Source: Nitrospiraceae bacterium (GTDB lineage Bacteria > Nitrospirota > Nitrospiria > Nitrospirales > UBA2166). From it: a stretch of 64,000 nt of DNA. Positions 29,506 through 39,529 of the stretch are shown one piece after another; the first letter of the stretch is position 1, and the number at the start of each line of letters is the position of its first letter. The stretch lies in assembly GCA_002726235.1 (NCBI GenBank), contig PBSN01000008.1, positions 448,635 through 512,634 on the forward strand, written 5' to 3'. The position numbers were made by a program, and so were the translations under genes. A model generated the notes under the pieces. The model was not told where the DNA came from. It made no database searches and was given only the letters and a program-made list of their open reading frames with translations.

Positions 29506-30261
29506 GTGGGCGGACACTCACATTGGGCAACCACAAAACGGCATAAAGCCGTCATTGACGCCAAACGCGGAAAAACTTTTAGCAAAATCATTCGCGAGAT
29601 TACCATTGCCACGCGTCTCGGTGGCGGAGACCCCGACACCAACCCTCGGCTCCGACTCGTGATTTCAAAAGCCAAAGACGCCAATATGCCTGCTGACAAC
29701 ATAAAGAAAGCCATCCAGCGAGGCACCGGCGAACTTCCCGGGGTCACATATGAGGAAACTATTCTCGAAGGGTATGGTCCAAACGGCGTCGCTTTACTGG
29801 TTGAAGTTGCAACCGACAACCGAAACCGAACAGTTGCTGACATCCGACACATTTTCACCAAACATGGCGGGACCTTAGCAGAAGCTGGAGCTGTCTCTTG
29901 GCAATTCGAAAAAAAGGGATGCATCGTCACTGATCGATGTACGGTTGATGAAGAGACATTGATGACAGTTGCGCTCGCAGCAGGTGCAGACGATATTCGC
30001 ACTGAAGATGACACCTACACCGTGTTGACAGAACCCACAGACTTCGAAGCGGTGAAACAGGCAATTGTTAATCACTCGATTGCAATCGAGCATGCCGAGG
30101 TGACGTCAATACCCAGCAATACCGTCACCATCGATGAGAAACCAGCCGAACAGATTCTCCGTCTCATCGACAAAATTGAAGATAATGACGATGTCCAAAA
30201 GGTCCATGCTAATTACAATATCCCCAACGAAATCATGAAAAGGCTTGAGGCTACGGTCTAA
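29506..30261 (+). CDS. yebC: YebC/PmpR family protein
   Basis: GHSHWA, NPRLR, NMPADNI, EGYGPNG, TDNRNRT, DDVQKV; GTG 29506 with GGAG RBS. Confidence 0.95.
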   Translation: MGGHSHWATTKRHKAVIDAKRGKTFSKIIREITIATRLGGGDPDTNPRLRLVISKAKDANMPADNIKKAIQRGTGELPGVTYEETILEGYGPNGVALLVEVATDNRNRTVADIRHIFTKHGGTLAEAGAVSWQFEKKGCIVTDRCTVDEETLMTVALAAGADDIRTEDDTYTVLTEPTDFEAVKQAIVNHSIAIEHAEVTSIPSNTVTIDEKPAEQILRLIDKIEDNDDVQKVHANYNIPNEIMKRLEATV

Positions 30262-30326
30262 TGTACGTACTTTATCTTCACGAGGAACACCACTCAGCCT
30301 CGTGATAACCGATCATTAGATAGCAA

Positions 30327-30923
30327 ATGATCGCATCACTGACCGGCCAGCTTCTCTCGAAAACACCCAGCCGTTCGATCATCGACAACCACGGCATCGC
30401 ATACGAACTCTGGATTCCTTTAAGCACTTTTTTTCATCTTCCGGAACCGCCATCAACCGTCACCCTCTATACCTGCCTCACGCTCAAGAACGATGCGGCT
30501 CAACTCTATGGTTTCCTTTCCCAACAGGAGAAACACGCATTCACCATCTTACTCGATGTCTCTGGCGTCGGTCCAAGATCCGCACTCGCGGTCCTTTCAA
30601 CACTGTCGATCACGGAATTGGTATCAGCAGTACTCGACAACGACATCGTGAGACTCTCTGCGGTCCCAGGTATTGGGAAAAAATCGGCTAGCCGATTGGC
30701 CCTCGAACTCAACGACAAAATCAAACTCTTGGTCACAGCTGACCAGTCTCCTTCAATCTCTTTAAAGCCTGACAGTGACGAGATACTGGTCGACGCCCAA
30801 TCAGCGCTGGTCAACCTCGGATATAAGCCTGCCGAAGCAAAAAAGACCCTCCAAGCCATCAGAAGTGAACATCGCGATCTACAGGAGTTGATTAACGCTG
30901 CGCTCAAGGCACTTGCGAAGTAA
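30327..30923 (+). CDS. ruvA: Holliday junction branch migration protein RuvA
   Basis: MIASLTG, LYGF, VSGVGPR, VPGIGKKSA, SALVNLGY. Confidence 0.96.
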   Translation: MIASLTGQLLSKTPSRSIIDNHGIAYELWIPLSTFFHLPEPPSTVTLYTCLTLKNDAAQLYGFLSQQEKHAFTILLDVSGVGPRSALAVLSTLSITELVSAVLDNDIVRLSAVPGIGKKSASRLALELNDKIKLLVTADQSPSISLKPDSDEILVDAQSALVNLGYKPAEAKKTLQAIRSEHRDLQELINAALKALAK

Positions 30924-31348
30924 TACCACGTACTATGCCGACGGAAAACCCAACAATATCCACTTTAATATGGCTAAAGAATTGGCGTTCGTAACGCTTG
31001 GAGGGAACGGAAAAGAGATAACAAGATCGTCAGCCGTTTTTCATGCAGTTGCATTTGTAGGTTCCACAGCTCACCATTTTTTTCTCCTCCAAGATTCTCC
31101 GGCAGAGCTTCTCCCTTGTGATGAAACCTCAAGCGTAGTCATCATTGGAGAAATCATCGGCACGCACCGTACTAGCGTGGGCACGTATATCACGCCCATG
31201 CCAATCAAAGTTCCCGGCTACAGACAAGCTATCAGGAAGGCACGAGGGTCAGACACGTCGAAATGTGAAATTCGCATGAGACAAAATCACAAGTAAAAGA
31301 GCGCCAGATTCAGCCGCACAGTACGCGACTACATTTTCCGCAATGATA

Positions 31349-31519
31349 CTATTGGAACACTGAATAGACGAGAAGCACGAACAGGAATGCAAGAACGGCT
31401 GGGATTACCAGCTTGATAAACGCAAGCTGAACGAAACAGACGGCGATGACGACCACCGACGGCAGAACAATGGTTATCCAAGGAGAGATTTTAAGAAACT
31501 TTGCAAACAAGGTATCCAT
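31349..31519 (-). CDS. Possible 56-aa two-TM small protein (below the ORF-track cutoff) or pseudogene N-terminus
   Basis: Hand translation MDTLFAKFLKISPWITIVLPSVVVIAVCFVQLAFIKLVIPAVLAFLFVLLVYSVFQ; GGAG upstream. Confidence 0.35.
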   Translation of the reverse strand: MDTLFAKFLKISPWITIVLPSVVVIAVCFVQLAFIKLVIPAVLAFLFVLLVYSVFQ

Positions 31520-31905
31520 GGCACTACATCGAACTCCGCTAGCCTATCACGCCCAAGGGCGATCGTTCAACTACCGCCGGCAATGACCTAGAAGAGCCTC
31601 TGTTTGGAATCCCATGCGTAAAAAGACTGCACTGTGTACATTCGCACAAGGATCTGGTTAGAATCCAGTCTTTCCACTCCCCCACCAGGAGCATTTTCTA
31701 TGAAAACACATCTCAGCCAGTTCAGTGAAGTTATTTTGTTACCCTAATCTCTTCTTTTTGGAATTTGGAATGTGAAAACAACCTTCTCATGGTCGTAGAA
31801 AGAGTGTTACCACAAAAACACCAAAGTTTTACCCCTAAGGAGCATCATAAAAACTCCATGTGAACATTATGTCACAGGTGTAATCTTAATGAATGCAGAG
31901 TTCGT

Positions 31906-32961
31906 ATGGAGAAAGGTACTTGGGAGCAATTCACAGTGAGTGAACAGGCCTTGACACCGGGATCGGAAGATGGTGAACGGGTCTTTGAGACGACCCTCCG
32001 ACCCCAGACATTTTCGGAGTACGTGGGCCAGTACCGTCTTAAGGAGCAACTTCACGTCTGCATCCAGGCGGCCCTAGGACGTGGGGAAGCCTTAGACCAT
32101 GCAATTTTCTATGGTCCACCAGGACTAGGCAAAACGACCATCGCGCATGTAATCGCCAATGAACTCGGCGTGAAGATTCGAGCAACATCTGGCGTGGCAC
32201 TAGCCCATGCCGGAGATCTTGCAGCCCTTCTCAGCACGCTCACTGACCGCGAAGTGTTATTCGTTGATGAAATCCATCGCTTGCCTCGAGCAGTCGAGGA
32301 AGCATTCTATCCCGCAATGGAGGACTACCATCTTGACATCCTGATCGGAAAAGGGGCTGGGGCGAGAACCATGAAACTTGACATTCCCCCCTTTACCCTC
32401 ATTGGCGCAACAACTCAAGCAGGATTGCTTACATCGCCCTTGAGAGATCGCTTCGGCCTTGTACACCGACTTGAATTCTATACCCCTCAGGAACTCGAAA
32501 ACATTATCACAAGATCCGCGCGAATTCTCAACGTCGCAATCGAACTGAAAGGAGCTGAAGTCATCGCACAACGTTCGCGCGGGACACCTCGCATTGCCAA
32601 CCGAATACTCAAACGTGTCCGTGATTTTGCACAGGTGAAAGCTGACAGTCAGATTACCAAACTAGTCGCAGAAGAGGCGCTTGCGTGGATTGGCGTTGAT
32701 CCTGAAGGCTTTGATGACATGGATCAGAAATTGCTGCTTGCGATTATCGATCGCTTTGCAGGCGGGCCAGTCGGCCTCGACACCCTTGCGGCCGCAATCA
32801 GCGAAGAGAGAGCGACTCTCGAAGACGTTTACGAACCCTATCTCCTTCAAGCTGGATTTATTGAGCGCACCGCAAGAGGACGGATCGCCACAGCAAAGGC
32901 CTTTGACCACTTTGGCCGTAAGAGTCCCCCACGTCAACAAATCTTGACAGAAGGGACATGA
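31906..32961 (+). CDS. ruvB: Holliday junction branch migration helicase RuvB
   Basis: [42 protein letters not shown]. Confidence 0.97.
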   Translation: MEKGTWEQFTVSEQALTPGSEDGERVFETTLRPQTFSEYVGQYRLKEQLHVCIQAALGRGEALDHAIFYGPPGLGKTTIAHVIANELGVKIRATSGVALAHAGDLAALLSTLTDREVLFVDEIHRLPRAVEEAFYPAMEDYHLDILIGKGAGARTMKLDIPPFTLIGATTQAGLLTSPLRDRFGLVHRLEFYTPQELENIITRSARILNVAIELKGAEVIAQRSRGTPRIANRILKRVRDFAQVKADSQITKLVAEEALAWIGVDPEGFDDMDQKLLLAIIDRFAGGPVGLDTLAAAISEERATLEDVYEPYLLQAGFIERTARGRIATAKAFDHFGRKSPPRQQILTEGT

Positions 32962-33076
32962 TGTTGAAAAAAGCCCAGAAGCATTCTCGTTCTGCTGTCA
33001 TGCTCACGTACATCGCGCGCACTCTACATATCAACGGAACTACGATTTGCTGAATGAATATTTTTGAATATTCTAC
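32956..33076. repeat. Highly degenerate copy 2 of the MITE-like repeat
   Basis: ATGTTGAAAAAAGCC...GCTCACGT...ACTACGATTTGCTG...TTTTTGAATATTC aligns by eye to the reverse complement of 27655-27778. Confidence 0.45.
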
Positions 33077-33161
33077 CTTTCACATTGTATTTGGAGTGTT
33101 TCATGTATAATACGCCTCATCCAAGACTTATTTTGCATTTCAACATTCTTCTAAGAAGGTT

Positions 33162-33905
33162 ATGAAGACTTTTTCTTCCCCCAGCCAAACTTATAAAAAA
33201 GGAGCAAGAAATACGAGAGTACTGTTCGGAGCATCAATTGCTACCCTGACACTCGCCATCACTCTGAGCACCATCGCTTGCTCAATCGCCCCACCGCTTG
33301 AGCAACTCAAAACGAAACTCGCATCCGCACCCGACTACTCTATTGTTCTCGAAGACATGCAAGAATCTGGTACGTTCGTTCCAATCTATTATCATAAGTA
33401 TCGAATCGTTCAAGGTGACCGTACTGTCACGACGGAGTGGCTCAAGGTGCCAAAGGCTGACTATCACGCGAACAAGCCATTTCTTGGCATGACCCTCGCC
33501 TCAAAAACCGCCGGCGGTGTCGATACGACAGCACATCCTCCAGGATATGGCTACGTGGGGAACTCACAATATGGGTCATGGCAAACTGGCAGCGGAGGAT
33601 CATTTTGGGTGTTTTATGGCCAGTACGCCATCATGCGAGACCTGCTTGGCATGGGACGCGGACGGATCTTTCAACGCGACTACGACACCTATCGAACCCA
33701 TCGTACGCAGCAACGTCCCTATTATGGCCCAAACAAAGAATACGGAACCCATGGCACAGTCACCCGGAAAACTAAACCAACCTTTTTTGATCGCCGCACT
33801 GCCAAAGACCGAATGAAACGCGACAGTTTTCAGAAGAAATTTCAGCGTCGAGCTGGTCGCAGTAGTTTTCCCAGTCGTGGTGGCGGAATGGGATTTGGAA
33901 AATAG
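33162..33905 (+). CDS. Hypothetical exported protein/lipoprotein with Gly/Tyr-rich core and Arg/Gly-rich tail
   Basis: Hydrophobic N-terminus ending STIAC; PPGYGYVGNSQYGSW, SFWVFYGQY; tail SRGGGMGFGK; first gene of the DUF350 operon. Confidence 0.75.
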   Translation: MKTFSSPSQTYKKGARNTRVLFGASIATLTLAITLSTIACSIAPPLEQLKTKLASAPDYSIVLEDMQESGTFVPIYYHKYRIVQGDRTVTTEWLKVPKADYHANKPFLGMTLASKTAGGVDTTAHPPGYGYVGNSQYGSWQTGSGGSFWVFYGQYAIMRDLLGMGRGRIFQRDYDTYRTHRTQQRPYYGPNKEYGTHGTVTRKTKPTFFDRRTAKDRMKRDSFQKKFQRRAGRSSFPSRGGGMGFGK

Positions 33906-33925
33906 ACTGAGATGAAGGAAAGAGG

Positions 33926-34771
33926 ATGACGCTAGACACCGCCATATTCTCGCTAATCTATCTCGCCTGCGCGTACACTCTCTTCTGGTTAGGCAAGATA
34001 GTGTTCGATCTCATTCATCGGGAGTTTCGGGTTAATGAAGAGCTCCTTCAGAAAAACAACGCGGCGCTCGCGGTAAGCCTTGCAGGATACTATTTTGGAC
34101 TGATTCTTGTGATCGGAGGCGCTCTCGTTGGCCCATCGGTTGGTTTAGCAGACGACCTCATCGATATTTTTCTCTATGGCCTACTCGCAATTGCATTGCT
34201 GAATATTTCAACCGTGATCAACAATCGCCTGATTCTCTACCAGTTCGATAATACGACGGAGATTATTCGTGATCAGAATGTCGGAACTGGCGTAGTTGTA
34301 AGTGCAACATACATCGCCACAGGACTGATTCTTTTCGGAGCAATTTCAGGAGAAGGTGGAACCATCTGGACCGCCCTAGCATTCTGGGGGCTCGGTCAGC
34401 TCGCCCTTGTCATTGTCAGCCTTCTCTACGAGCGTATTACACCGTATAGTATCCACGAGCATATTGAACGCGATAACACAGCTGTGGGCGTGGCGTTTGC
34501 GGGCGCCCTCATTGGCATGGGCAATATCCTTCGCTATGCGGTCAGCGGTGACTTTGAATCTTGGAACGCAAACTTGACAACCTTCGGGCTCTATGCCGGC
34601 ATCGGCCTTATCGCCCTTCCACTCATCCGCGTCGCAACGGACAAGATTTTGTTGCCCGGCGCGAGCATGGCTGCTGAACTTGTCGAGCAAGAACGCCCAA
34701 ACCTCGGCGCAGCCTACATCATCATGTTCTCCTATATTGGATCGTCCTTCATCATCGGCTGGTGTCTCTAA
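33926..34771 (+). CDS. DUF350 domain membrane protein (tandem repeats)
   Basis: Repeated units EELLQKNNAALAVS, EIIRDQNVGTGVV, EHIERDNTAVGVA, ELVEQERPNLGAA between TM helices. Confidence 0.8.
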   Translation: MTLDTAIFSLIYLACAYTLFWLGKIVFDLIHREFRVNEELLQKNNAALAVSLAGYYFGLILVIGGALVGPSVGLADDLIDIFLYGLLAIALLNISTVINNRLILYQFDNTTEIIRDQNVGTGVVVSATYIATGLILFGAISGEGGTIWTALAFWGLGQLALVIVSLLYERITPYSIHEHIERDNTAVGVAFAGALIGMGNILRYAVSGDFESWNANLTTFGLYAGIGLIALPLIRVATDKILLPGASMAAELVEQERPNLGAAYIIMFSYIGSSFIIGWCL

Positions 34772-36293
34772 CCTTCTAAAGATCTGCCTTTTTGCCACAG
34801 GCTTTGCTGGCATTGTGGCGGAGTTTGTCCTCTGTACACTCGCCACATACCTCATTGGTAACGCGGTCCTGCAATGGACCCTTATCATCTCGTTCATGTT
34901 ATTCGCGATGGGCTTGGGTAGCCGACTGAGTCGCCACTTCACGACCCATCTCCTTGAAACATTTATCATTCTTGAATTCATCCTTTCGATCCTGTGCGCA
35001 ACATCCGCAGTGGCAGCCTATGCTCTGTCGCCATTCTTCCGAACCATTGAACTAGTGATCTATCCGTGGGCGATCGGAATTGGCCTATTGATCGGCCTCG
35101 AAATTCCGCTTATTACACGCATCAATGCGACCTACGAAGAACTGCGAACAAATATTTCTGGAGTAATGGAAAAAGATTACTACGGCGCACTCTTCGGGGG
35201 ACTATTTTTTGCCCTCATCGCTCTCCCCTATCTAGGCCTCACCTACACCCCAATTATCCTGGGAACCATCAATGCTGCTGCTGCTGCACTCCTCCTCTTT
35301 CGATGCTATGGAAAACTCACGGCCCCACGAAAACTATCAGCCGGATGGACCGCAACATCTATCATACTAATCGGACTCCTTGTGACCGCAAACCCGATCA
35401 TCCTCTATGGGGAAAAGGCGAAATATCGGGATACTGTTATCTTTTCTGAACAGACCCAGTATCAGAAAATCGTGATGACTCGCTGGAAAAATGAATTTGC
35501 ACTCTTTATTAATGGAAACCAGCAGTTCAGCACGTACGACGAGGAACGCTACCACGAGCCACTTGTTCACCCAGCACTGTCACTCCTTCCCCATCGAGAG
35601 AATATTCTGATTATTGGGGGAGGGGATGGGCTAGCGGTGCGTGAGGTGTTGAAGTATTCCGATGTCAAGCGCATCACCCTCATTGACCTGGATCCAAGCA
35701 TGACCAAACTTGGATCAACCCATCCTGTCCTCCTTCGGATCAATCAAAACGCATTGAACAATTCGCTGGTAACAGTGATCAATCAAGATGGCGCGGCCTT
35801 TCTTCAGAACACCGCTGAGCAATTTGATGCCATTATCATCGACCTTCCCGACCCACAATCCGTCGACCTCGCACGAATGTATTCGTTAGAGTTCTATCGC
35901 TTGAGCCTCAAGCACCTGAACAAAGGCGGAACCATCGTCACCCAGGCGACAAGTCCGTTCTTTGCACCACTGGCTTTTCTTTCAATCAAGAAGACGATGG
36001 CTGAAGCCGGCTTTAGCGTTCTTCCCTACCACAACAACGTTCCAACGCTTGGAGACTGGGGATTCGTCCTAGGGATCGACAAGGAAGTGATGTCCAACAC
36101 GACACTGAAACAGGCGATGCTCGGATTGCAGTTCGACAACGTCGAAACGCGCTTTCTCAATCGCGAAGCCATCGTTGGGATGGTGCACTTCGGCAAGGGG
36201 CTGTTTGAGCGAGAAGATGAGGTCGCAGTGAACCGCCAAAGCCGTCCCGTCTTCCCCGCTTTCTACAATAAAGGCCGGTGGGAGATTTACTAA
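34737..36293 (+). CDS. Membrane-anchored polyamine aminopropyltransferase (spermidine synthase-like); start uncertain (TTG 34737 or ATG 34593)
   Basis: About seven N-terminal TMs then QTQYQKI, YHEPLVHP, LIIGGGDG, IDLD, IIDLPDP. Confidence 0.88.
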   Translation: MDRPSSSAGVSNLLKICLFATGFAGIVAEFVLCTLATYLIGNAVLQWTLIISFMLFAMGLGSRLSRHFTTHLLETFIILEFILSILCATSAVAAYALSPFFRTIELVIYPWAIGIGLLIGLEIPLITRINATYEELRTNISGVMEKDYYGALFGGLFFALIALPYLGLTYTPIILGTINAAAAALLLFRCYGKLTAPRKLSAGWTATSIILIGLLVTANPIILYGEKAKYRDTVIFSEQTQYQKIVMTRWKNEFALFINGNQQFSTYDEERYHEPLVHPALSLLPHRENILIIGGGDGLAVREVLKYSDVKRITLIDLDPSMTKLGSTHPVLLRINQNALNNSLVTVINQDGAAFLQNTAEQFDAIIIDLPDPQSVDLARMYSLEFYRLSLKHLNKGGTIVTQATSPFFAPLAFLSIKKTMAEAGFSVLPYHNNVPTLGDWGFVLGIDKEVMSNTTLKQAMLGLQFDNVETRFLNREAIVGMVHFGKGLFEREDEVAVNRQSRPVFPAFYNKGRWEIY

Positions 36294-36405
36294 GCGTCAA
36301 ATAAATGGCCCCAAACAAAAGCGCTGAGTAGTCATTGTCATGAGCCAACTCACAATAGCTCACGACAAACTCTGCCGGCGGAACCACATCAATTTTCACC
36401 TTCAC

Positions 36406-38313
36406 TTAGTCTGAAAGAGTTGTCTGGATATCGAGGGTGTAGTTTCCGATTCCACTAAGCGGAGAGATGATAATAGCCAGTGGTGTATTTTCTCCGTCAG
36501 GGAGCACAAACGAACAAGCCGCCTCGCAGAGTGCCACTTGGCCGAGACCAAAAATAAGAACATCAAACTCGTTGGCCGTGTCGTGTGTCAGCATAATCTC
36601 AAGCGTAGCAGGCTGCTTGACGATTATTCGAAACACGTCCTCATCAACCACCGAAGCATTATTGTTCGTGAGCGTACCACGCACGGTTAGACATTCATTG
36701 AGTCCAATTTTTCCCAACGATTGTGCTTGTGCCAGACTGTCATTTGATTCATGCTCGAGACGAAACGAATCCTTGTCACAGCCTCGTCCACCAATCTCCT
36801 GAACCACTTGATTCATCAGCTTGGCTTGCTGAGCGTTTTCATCCTCACTTTCAATAACGAAAATCGCGAACTTTCCATCAGCAGAGGAGAGTTCTTCCGA
36901 TTTCAATTTGACATCAATGGGTGCAGCTAAAGGAAAATTAACAGGATTGATTTCGTTCATCGCGACAAGATCGTCGCGACTAATATCGAGAATAGGATCA
37001 TTTGAAATCCACATTTGAATCGACACAGGGCTAGTGATCACACCCCCGTCAAGATTGGAGACACGAAGTTTTGCGATTATTCGATCGCCAAACTCTCTAA
37101 GTTTGTATTTAAGCTTTGTCAGCACAAGTGCAAGTCCAATGTCACTATCCCCCACCTCTAACGTATTAAGAAAAATATCAATGCCATCAACGATTTCCCC
37201 GGCAGCAACATTAATTTCTGTCTTATCGGTCGGGTCATCAAGTGCAATCGACCCGGCTTCGCGCGCTCCGTTATAAAACTCTTCCGGGCCAGGAAGAATG
37301 GCGGGTGGGTCAAGTGGATTCAAACTCGACCCCCCAGTAAAGGTAGGATCAATCTGTTCGACTTCAATCGTATAATTACCAGGCGGCAGGCCTGAGATCT
37401 TGTACCATCCTTTGAGCGCAAGATCGCCAGTTCCCCCACCAAAATCGTTCTTGAATAACGCACCGGAAACATAGGATGTTGCATCGTTGATGGGATCAGC
37501 GGTGCGCCGCGCAATCACATTCGCGCCTTGAAATGGCACTATTCCGTTCCCAAGCAAGATTTCACCTTCGATTGCTCCAGTCGATACCGCAAAATCCGGC
37601 GCGGGATAGAGCGTAGAAACCGTTGCAATGTCATCAAAGTGCAAGATGCTCTTACTCTCACTATCCGAAGCGATGGGAAACATTGTCGGAAGACTATCGT
37701 CATTGCTCACATCGAAATCAAATGCAAATTCGCTATTAATCTGCGAGTGATCAAGATTGATGTAATGTCCAAATTCGTGAATGATTGTCGCGAGAAAAGT
37801 ATCACGTGACACATCGAGATTGGGAGGCTTGCCATCAAGGACGGAGCCATTCAAAATAGCCTGCGCTTCAAGGATCTGACTGGACTGACTCAATTCAATC
37901 GCCGTCAGCCCCAAAATATCACGACTTGCCCCGACCCCCAATATGGCATCAATGACCGTGCCATCATGATCGAATATAATCGGGCTAATCCTATCGCCTG
38001 GGATATCTAATAGGTCGAAGACATTGTTGCCTGTCACATCAACAGGAAGCGAACCCGCTGCAGCAAATGAAATCGATGCCGAGGGAACATCTTCCCACAC
38101 CTGCAATGCCTCCTCGACCAATGCAATAGCCTCTTCATTGCTCAGAAGTCCCAACGGCCCAAGATCAGTGTGAAACGGAACAGGTTGTATCGTACTCCAT
38201 AACTGTGGCTCTCCATCAGTGTTGATCACAAACGGTCCACCGGCCAAAACCGCATCAGAGAAGAGGAGCAGAGCAGTCAGTGCAAATATCCCAATCTTAT
38301 ACCACCGCTCCAC
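36406..38313 (-). CDS. Secreted metzincin (matrixin-like) protease with Ig-like, CARDB-like and PPC-like accessory domains
   Basis: Signal peptide; HEFGHYINLDH zinc motif, Met-turn PTMFP; GWYKISGLPPGNYTIEVE; EHESNDSLAQAQ...DEDVF. Confidence 0.82.
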   Translation of the reverse strand: MERWYKIGIFALTALLLFSDAVLAGGPFVINTDGEPQLWSTIQPVPFHTDLGPLGLLSNEEAIALVEEALQVWEDVPSASISFAAAGSLPVDVTGNNVFDLLDIPGDRISPIIFDHDGTVIDAILGVGASRDILGLTAIELSQSSQILEAQAILNGSVLDGKPPNLDVSRDTFLATIIHEFGHYINLDHSQINSEFAFDFDVSNDDSLPTMFPIASDSESKSILHFDDIATVSTLYPAPDFAVSTGAIEGEILLGNGIVPFQGANVIARRTADPINDATSYVSGALFKNDFGGGTGDLALKGWYKISGLPPGNYTIEVEQIDPTFTGGSSLNPLDPPAILPGPEEFYNGAREAGSIALDDPTDKTEINVAAGEIVDGIDIFLNTLEVGDSDIGLALVLTKLKYKLREFGDRIIAKLRVSNLDGGVITSPVSIQMWISNDPILDISRDDLVAMNEINPVNFPLAAPIDVKLKSEELSSADGKFAIFVIESEDENAQQAKLMNQVVQEIGGRGCDKDSFRLEHESNDSLAQAQSLGKIGLNECLTVRGTLTNNNASVVDEDVFRIIVKQPATLEIMLTHDTANEFDVLIFGLGQVALCEAACSFVLPDGENTPLAIIISPLSGIGNYTLDIQTTLSD

Positions 38314-38329
38314 GCCGCTTCTCCTTGTG

Positions 38330-38968
38330 TTACTCCTTCACTTGCTCATTACTACCAATCAGCGCCTTGGTGACTAATCGAAAATCCTCGTACGAAATTG
38401 GCCCGCGCTTGACCCTTAGCAGTTTTTGTATGGCCTTTCTCTGAGATTCATCGATATCTTCATCGTTCGTGAGAACGTGAGGATCAAGACCAGCCAGCAA
38501 CCCTCTGTTGTTAATGCCATTGACTATCATCAATGACGAAGATAATTCTTCACCAGTGACGAAGGTAAATTTACCTTGCAAAATCCCAACCGGACTAGTG
38601 AAGCCATATTGACTTTCCCCATATAAAAAGAGAATGACATCTTCTCCTGGTGTGTAGGTCGGCATTCCAGCGATACGATGTGACTTGCTTTCCACCGTGC
38701 CTCCATACTGCTTGACCGTATGGGTTTCGCCAAGCCGTCCCTTCAATGCTTCCACCACTTCAAACTCGGCCACCGTGACAGTTCGTCCAAAGTGTAGATC
38801 TTCCTGTGATCTGCTTGTAAGACATTGCCCAACAAATATGACCGTGGCGTTCGCAATCATCTGATCAAGCGTCAGCAGCTTGACCTGCATCGCAGATCCT
38901 TGCTCCGAAACATGCAACAGAAGGAACAGTACCGCTGGTAAAACAATTTTCATCAGAGGTACCTCCAC
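38330..38968 (-). CDS. Exported hypothetical protein, probable partner of the downstream protease
   Basis: Signal peptide; LDQMIANATVIFVGQC, FEVVEALKG, GGTV, GEDVILFL, QGKF; 16 bp from the protease start. Confidence 0.7.
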   Translation of the reverse strand: MEVPLMKIVLPAVLFLLLHVSEQGSAMQVKLLTLDQMIANATVIFVGQCLTSRSQEDLHFGRTVTVAEFEVVEALKGRLGETHTVKQYGGTVESKSHRIAGMPTYTPGEDVILFLYGESQYGFTSPVGILQGKFTFVTGEELSSSLMIVNGINNRGLLAGLDPHVLTNDEDIDESQRKAIQKLLRVKRGPISYEDFRLVTKALIGSNEQVKE

Positions 38969-39070
38969 TGTGTCACGAGCATCTCACATCAATCCAACAT
39001 CTTGATATTCCGACGAGGCTGGGATAACCTGTCGATCTTATCACCCACTATAGATTGAGGCACAAACAGA

Positions 39071-39490
39071 GTGAGCTTGCGACCATCTCTTCAAGCAATC
39101 GTGGTATGCGACACGATTATTGAAGACCGGAATACCGGGAAAAAAAGTCTTGTCGGAATTTTTACGCATCTTGCATCAAAAGCCTTCCCCTGCAACTACC
39201 CCTCGATGAGCATCTATTTTTGCGTCACCGATGCCGAGGGCGACTACACCTTTTCGCTAACACTCGTCCATTTGGATCAGAACAAGCAAATTGCAGAAAA
39301 CACTCTTCCCACGATCACGATCAAAAATCGATTGCAAATCGTCGATTACGGTATCACCATTCTACATGTCCAGTTTCAATCGCCAGGTCGTTATGATTTT
39401 CGATTATTTGCGAACAATGAGTTCATCGGCAACAAAGACTTTGTCGTCATCCAAGCGAAGCAGCCAGCCCAGCACTCGCCCAACCTTTGA
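39071..39490 (+). CDS. Hypothetical all-beta protein (DUF6941-like)
   Basis: VCD..IED..TGKKSLVGIF and PGRYDFRLFAN motifs. Confidence 0.7.
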   Translation: MSLRPSLQAIVVCDTIIEDRNTGKKSLVGIFTHLASKAFPCNYPSMSIYFCVTDAEGDYTFSLTLVHLDQNKQIAENTLPTITIKNRLQIVDYGITILHVQFQSPGRYDFRLFANNEFIGNKDFVVIQAKQPAQHSPNL

Positions 39491-39529
39491 CACACGAAGG
39501 AACGCACCCCCATACGCGGAAGGACCAAG

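Noticed and set aside
30913..31296. 127-aa ORF following ruvA
   Set aside because: TTG start inside ruvA, no RBS, no recognisable motif; likely spurious
34376..34981. 201-aa antisense ORF, and other long shadow ORFs such as 29448-30014 and 41406-42020
   Set aside because: They overlap well-supported genes and carry no recognisable motifs
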